NCBI GenBank assembly: GCA_963924565.1
Contig: OZ004609.1
Location: 23,932,001 to 23,996,000 of the forward strand
Reading direction: 5' to 3'
Source: Ascidiella aspersa
Lineage: Eukaryota
Length of the DNA stretch: 64,000 nucleotides
Positions 42,912 to 64,000 of this stretch are shown in pieces. Made by a program: the position numbers and the translations under genes. Position 1 is the stretch's first letter, and the number at the start of each line of letters is the position of its first letter. The notes under the pieces are model-generated. The model saw only the letters and a program-made list of their open reading frames with translations, was not told where the DNA came from and searched no databases.

Positions 42912-44455
42912 ATGGCGGTTCAATTTTACAGAACTAAACCGCTGTCGTTAGGCATAGAAGTCTTCGGTATCAACCTAAGTAAAGATCTGGGTCAAGAGGT
43001 TATTCAACAAATTAAAAAAGATGTAACAAGGCACCGCATTGTGGTATTTCGAAATCAGGTAAAACTTGGGGGCGCTGGTCTAGAATCATAACACAGCGTT
43101 GAAACAATTATTAAACAATGCACAATATTTGGGTTAGGGTGTCGGTTAGTGTTGGGTGAGGGTGGGCTAAGTATTATTATTTAATAATATTGCTTAACCA
43201 ACCCATAAACACTACCCAAATAATATTCGTTGTGGTGGATTCTATAGACTAGCGCCAACTTGGGTCCATTCCTTTTTACCTGTTAATTTAATTATTATAT
43301 CATAGATGTTAATTTAATTATTATATCATACATGTATATATACTATTTATTCAAGGGCCAAGTGAGTGGCAAACGACATGCTGAGATAAGTCGTTGGTTT
43401 GGTGAAATCGACAATACAACTTTTGCTAAGCACCCTGCTTCACCAAGTGTTGATGTGTTCTGTGTTTCTAATGATCCAAAAAAAGGTTTGCACAAACGGC
43501 TTCTTTTTGTGGAGAGCTTATTGCAAAAAATACATTTCATGACATATTCTGCACTAAAATAACATGTTTGTTTGAACCACACCATGTTACTACAAAACAA
43601 AGATTGTATTGGCACAATTTTCTTTAACATGTAAATATGTATGTTTCACACTGCCAGGTTGTCCTGGAGTAGGTACTACTGGGTGGCACATTGATGGGAC
43701 TTTTAGAGCAAGTCCATACTCCTATTCTGTTTATCACATGTTCAGCGTTCCCAATAAAGGTGGTGACACCATGTTTATTCCCTTAACAGAAATAATTGAA
43801 AGGTAGACAAAATTTGTTTCCTAACCTAAATTTTTATTAACCTATATTTTTGTGTTATTCCAAATAGTCTTCCAAAAAAAACAAGAGAAAAATTAGACAA
43901 ATTATCAATGGTGAGTGATCGAAGAGAGAATATTGCACACCCATTGATATATAGCCACCCAAAAACTGGTAGACCAACCATGTGCTTTCACCTTGGCATG
44001 ATAACTTCTTTTGCAGTGGACTTCAAAAAAACAGTTGGTGTTAACGATTCAGTTGAATTGTTGGATAGCAAGGTGAACTAAATGCATTACATATCCTACC
44101 TACTATTGTACTAGTCAAAAAAAGTGTCTCAGTTAAATTAAAAGATATTTGACTTAAAAGGTAAAGCTGTTTGTTTAAATGTTTTGTTCTGCTTATCCAT
44201 TAGGAAACTGCTGAAATACTGGAAGAAATCAAACAGGCAATTAATAACTCTGGCAAAATTTACTCCCATAAGTGGCAGAAGGAGGGAGACTTCATCATTT
44301 CTGATAACTTGGCGGTTGGGCACCAAGCAGGGCCAATACCAAAAAGTCTAGAGGAAGCTGGGTTAAGAATCCTTCATAGGGTAACTGTTATGGGAACGGA
44401 TCCCCCAAGCAAAACTTATCCTTTTGATTTTTCTGATACCGATTGTGCATATTAA
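42912..44455 (+). CDS. TauD/TfdA-family Fe(II)/2-oxoglutarate dioxygenase (taurine dioxygenase / alkylsulfatase-like), 292 aa
   Basis: Exons 42912-43058, 43356-43485, 43658-43802, 43868-44072, 44204-44455 (879 nt in frame). Motifs LGIEVFGINL..IVVFRNQ, WHIDG (HxD), GGDTMF, HPLIYSHPKTGR, HKWQKEGDFIISDNLAVGH (distal His) and RILHRVT. AATAAA at 44604. Confidence 0.92.
43071..43256. mobile_element. MITE family A copy 5, in intron 1 of the TauD-like gene
   Basis: ggcgctggtctagaatc ... gattctatagactagcgcc; perfect TSD AACTTGGG. Confidence 0.85.
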
Positions 44456-45872
44456 TTTTATATGATTACTTTTTTATTTTTTATATATTGCTATAATCTC
44501 TTCCTTGCTCTTTGCACAATGGTGTTTTGTAATGCAATATATTTAAATCAATCAAAAGTTGAAAAATGTAATTTTCTTGAAAGTTTTATTGCTAAACTAT
44601 TTTAATAAAAGCTATGACATGTGTAACAAAAATGTCACTTGAAGCATAGTATGATTGTGTTGAGTTTTGACATTGGTTGATGGAGGGATTACAGTTACAC
44701 CATGCACTGGTACAAAACATCAGGGTTATTATTAGAATATTCACTGCAAAAAATACTGGACTTGCAGTGCTTCATTCCAAAAAATGGATTTCATGCATTT
44801 AAGCAAATCACCCAACTGAGAACGCAATATTGAAAAATAAATATCGTATTTATCTTTTGTTTCATATATAGTTTCATTTCTGCTACAGAAAATAGCGAAT
44901 AATATAATGTAAAAGGTCTTCGAGTAGGCCCTAACACTTGCCATCCATCCTATTTGTAACAAGCAATGAAGAGTGGTACGTCGCAATTAAGTTTTAAAGG
45001 TCCTAAATCGACAAACGTTATTTTCACATCTGGAATCAACAATTCTAATTATTTATTTGCACGAATTATGCACGCAAAACAATGCAAGGCGAACGGTGGT
45101 CGGCAATATATTGCTATTACTATAATAAATTCTGGCTATTTAAATAATAATAAAAAATGTTGGTAGGTTTCTATGCAATAATAAAAATGAAATATTTCTA
45201 CAGAATACACTTTAGAAATAATATTGCTACACTCGCATTTGAGGTTAAGCAATACAGCTATCAAACATTTGGTACTTTGCTTCTAGTACAAATTTAAATG
45301 GCTTTAACAGCAGAATGATACTGTACGGTAGGGCTTATACGCAATTTATGGTGAATAAAATCTGGTTGGAATTAATATTCTCCAAAAGTAACCAGCGTAA
45401 CATATAGTAACAACAAAAACCGTTACTGGTGACACACTTAAGCTGTTCTATTTAGGCTACATAATGGTCAACCGATTTTGGAGAGGAATATGTCGAGCCT
45501 TTATACCCAAATTACGCGAAAATATCAAGTGCAGACGTATGATGCTATCTATCCAATTGCGGTAGTGGTATAACATTTATAGAATTTACTATCTAGGGAA
45601 AATGCTCGCGCGCGCTCGCACACACAGGTAGATACACTCACTCACACATTTGTACCATGTAAAGCAACAAAGCCGGAGTTTGAGGCCGTTAACATAAAGC
45701 CTCGCTGTTCTCCGTGTATAGTGGATTGGGTAATTGGGAGTATAATATTTACCATGCACAGACGATAGGGAAAAGATTAAAATTGAAACTATTTCCCCTC
45801 GGCAAAATTGAATCTTCAGCTTCTTAGTTTCTAGTCTATCTTGTATACAAATCTCAAGCTGCCCTTGTGTCT

Positions 45873-60838
<14,966 letters not shown>

Positions 60839-61143
60839 CTGCGAAAAACACAAATTGAATGAACTTCAGGTGGTAACAGCTGTTAAAAAGCGTCGAACAA
60901 ACTAATTTACAGATACTTTTACTGGCGGTACAGAGCTGATATATTGAATCCAAATTCGCACTCGCCAGTCGTGCAGTGTCTATTAAATACCCAAAATGTC
61001 GACACGTCGTCTGTTCGTCAATAAAATACTCGTAAGAAGGCCTAGATTATTTTGGACCATGGAATGCGCAAAATTTACCATGTGCACAGAAAGCCATCGC
61101 AAACTAACCGAATCTGGTGATTAATGAGGCAGAAAAACAACTA

Positions 61144-61217
61144 GCTTGCAGTGAGGTTGGAACTCACGACCTATGGCCATACCGGGACTGTCGCTCCACC
61201 AACTGAACTACACAGGC
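61144..61217 (-). pseudogene. tRNA-derived element (tRNA pseudogene or SINE head)
   Basis: GCCTGTGTAGTTCAGTTGGTGGAGC...GTGAGTTCCAACCTCACTGCAAGC. It has an A box, D stem GTTC/GAGC, T stem GTGAG/CTCAC with a B-box-like loop, and a downstream T5. The acceptor stem is imperfect and the anticodon stem is unpaired. Confidence 0.65.
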
Positions 61218-61350
61218 TCATAAGGAAGCGAGCCGAGAAACAACACTGCATTATGTTACTACAAGCAACTTCACACAGAAGGGGACGTACAGTACCATAT
61301 ATTCAAATGAAAGATACACAAACATTTAACACTGTGATCTAGCCTTTCTG

Positions 61351-61422
61351 AAGCTGCTTTTTGACCATTGATAACGCCTTACGTACCATAAAACACCGAA
61401 AGCCTTGGTCAAAAAGCAGCTT
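61351..61422. repeat. 17-bp inverted repeat
   Basis: aagctgctttttgacca / tggtcaaaaagcagctt. Confidence 0.7.
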
Positions 61423-64000
61423 TGTGGTTTTAGAATATTCAGTAACCCGACACATTCACATGATCTTACCTGTAACAAACCTCCAAAAGCAATAGCAAAC
61501 TTTTATAATTTATAAAAACGGTTTCCAGCACGATACTTGTGCCACTGCTAACAATTGAAAACAATTCAAATTGTTTTACGTAAATTTTTTTAAGGTTGCT
61601 GCCTTTTAGTTTTTTTTAAATTGTATTTTTTTTTTTTAATTAGATGCAATATCATAAAACAGGTTACTTATAATTGTTTTGTAGAAACTATTTTTACATT
61701 TTTCACCCCTGTTTCTGTCGGTGTCTATGTCGCACCGCCGCACTAACAAGTTTTTCGGCTTTGTTTTCTGAAAAACTGTATCCTACCCTGTTAACTCCGA
61801 GTTTCCTCTCCATAGCTGTTTCCATTGTCTGATTCAGGTTTTTTGCGAAAAACCTCAAAACTAGACTTTTATTTGATTCTAGGTTCGGACTTCTGGTTCT
61901 ACGTCGACAGCTTCCAGAAACCGCACTTTGCAACAGATATCGTGAAACGCAATGAAGTCGATTTGACAACTACGTGTTAATATGAACGGGTAAACTGCCG
62001 CGCGTACGAATCGCCACGTTGGCCGGAAAAGACGGCGGGGCGGATTGAACTAACGTGACAATCGCTGACAAGATAGATGTAAATCTTTTAACGTTTGTCG
62101 CACGCACAGCAGATTTACTGGCTGTTTTTCTGTGGCACGAAAAAATAGGCAATCGGTACGGTTACCTCAAAAACTAACATCTCAAAAGTTCAGGTATTAG
62201 AGCGTCTCAGTAGTGTAAAGTGCTTTACAAAAGCCATACTGTAAAAATATTTTATTTATTCTAATGGGCGAAGTAGCCGTACAGCAGTAGCCAGCAAGGC
62301 GTAACATACATATAATGAAGTTAAACTTGTAACCTGTTCCGGTTCAAGTTTAGCCAGTGTTAAATATCAACATTAGTTCGCAAGTGTAAGGCATTCGGTG
62401 GTCGCTACACGAGGTTTCATCAACCGATAAACTCGTTATTCTGGTAACAGAAAGCGCTGTAGCATTCGCCTCCGGGCATATTAGACGAGTGCTACTCTCT
62501 TAAGCAATTACGCTTTTACAGCGTACGGTATATTAGACAAATCGAGGAAATGTCTATGATCTGACTCTGTGTAAGCACTGAATACGGATAATATTTAAAG
62601 ATAAAATCAGAAAATAGAACATGATTCAAACAATCGTCCAATTTCATACCTGTTTTTTTTTATGTTGTAGATGAAATAAATATTCGTATTGCCTAAAATT
62701 TCTGAAAAAAAAACATCATACTTGTTATACCATTGAAGGCATATTCACTTAAATACATCAAACTTGTTATACCATTGAAGGCATGAATGGCGATGCAACA
62801 ATCCCTTTCAACACTGCTCTACGCCTGTAGCTTAAACTTCGCCACCATTACTTGTTGTAATGTTTAAACAGCGCCAAAATATAACTACGCCCACTAACCA
62901 AACCGATTGGTGGCGAGGGGCTTTGTGTTGAAAATAGGCGAGACTGGCATAGCTGCAATCTTGCCACGTCTGTCTAGGTACCGGTCCTAAACGATCGGAA
63001 GGATTGGTCAACGGCTCAAAGAGTGGCATGACGCAGTTCTAAAGCTACTGACTTTTCGTTATTTACTCTACAGGTATCCGCCCTTTTATAACAGCAGTAG
63101 CTTCAATTTACAAAACTGTTCAACGTTAACGACAGGTACTAATTGTTGAGAATTAGAACAATCCTACAAAAATCAACTACGTTAAAATTGTGTAACTCCT
63201 TGCAAGAAGCTTTCGCACTGTTGCGGTTTAGTAAAATCAACTGTGAATTTTTGGCTTATAGTTTAGCCTTATAAAATCGTTGTGCGAAAAACACGTTACT
63301 TTTCGCAAAATGTGCTTGTTGGGAGAAAAATTACCAAAAAATAAACATTTGAGAGCAATAACGACAAGTCAACCTTGCACTATGCTCGCCACTTTTGACA
63401 AGCGTCAGCTGTTAATACTTGTAAAACCCTTTACTCTTCGCTACATACATTAACTGAATCGTGCGCAATAATTCTCTCGAACATGTATGTGCTGGTGCAG
63501 CTCTGCGTCCTTTTTCTCGCGGAACAAGAACGCAAACAGTTTTGCAGAGAAAACGACGTGGCAGTTTATAATCAAGTTGTACAACAGCCGCAACAGGTTT
63601 CTGTCTTTTAAAGCAGTAGCGTGACTGGGCGGCTTTGCGAAATTCTCCCAATGCCTAACATCTGACGCTAAACAAGCCAGCGTGTCTGGAAAACGGTGGA
63701 GGTTACAGAACACAGAAAAAAGTCCCGTTTACTGAAAAACACAAGAAAGTACAATCGCTGCCAAGTGTCCATGTTGGGCTCTTTATGGTCCTGTGTATCT
63801 CAGGTCTTAAAGCATTTATCAAAAGCTGCTGATGGCCAAAGTTTACATGCATGACACAGCAACATGGGTTTGACAACTTCTATAAATCATTTACTTTGCC
63901 AGCAAAGCTGTTCAAAAATTGGTTGCCCTGCAAATAGGAAGTAGATTGAGCCTAGTCATTGAAGTCATTCTAAACGACATGACTTGCAAATAGGTGGTTT

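Noticed and set aside
61144-61217. Functional tRNA gene
   Set aside because: The anticodon stem does not pair, the acceptor stem is mismatched, and a second degenerate copy exists.
61400-64000. First coding exon of PAPSS
   Set aside because: Donor-like sites exist at about 61469 and 62165, but I could not assign a convincing ATG-containing exon.

Overview
AT-rich, compact, intron-containing animal genomic DNA; an ascidian/tunicate-like source is my inference only. Six spliced genes were rebuilt by hand from GT/GC-AG boundaries, all with consistent phases. (1) The 3' end of ISWI/SMARCA5 (+). (2) An LNX1/2-type RING+4PDZ E3 ligase (-). (3) Mitochondrial ketoacyl synthase OXSM (+), head-to-head with LNX. 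(4) An eIF4E-binding protein, 4E-BP (+). (5) A TauD/TfdA-family Fe(II)/2-oxoglutarate dioxygenase (+). (6) The bifunctional PAPS synthase (-), convergent with the TauD gene. Many MITEs are present: hAT-type elements with nnnTAnnn TSDs, and a 5-copy GGC-terminated family with 8-bp TSDs found near gene 5' ends. The most notable observation is a ~745-nt coding-like exon hidden in the last 4E-BP intron, flanked by UGCAUG motifs. It would replace the mTORC1-docking TOS motif with a ~250-aa Q/N/P/S-rich tail. Other highlights: tandem 139-nt mutually exclusive exons in the PAPSS APS-kinase domain, a TauD-like enzyme next to PAPSS, a Penelope-type minimal hammerhead ribozyme in an inverted repeat, an orphan KDM3 pseudo-exon, and sharp CpG-depletion boundaries inside genes. 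All calls are by eye; no searches were run.
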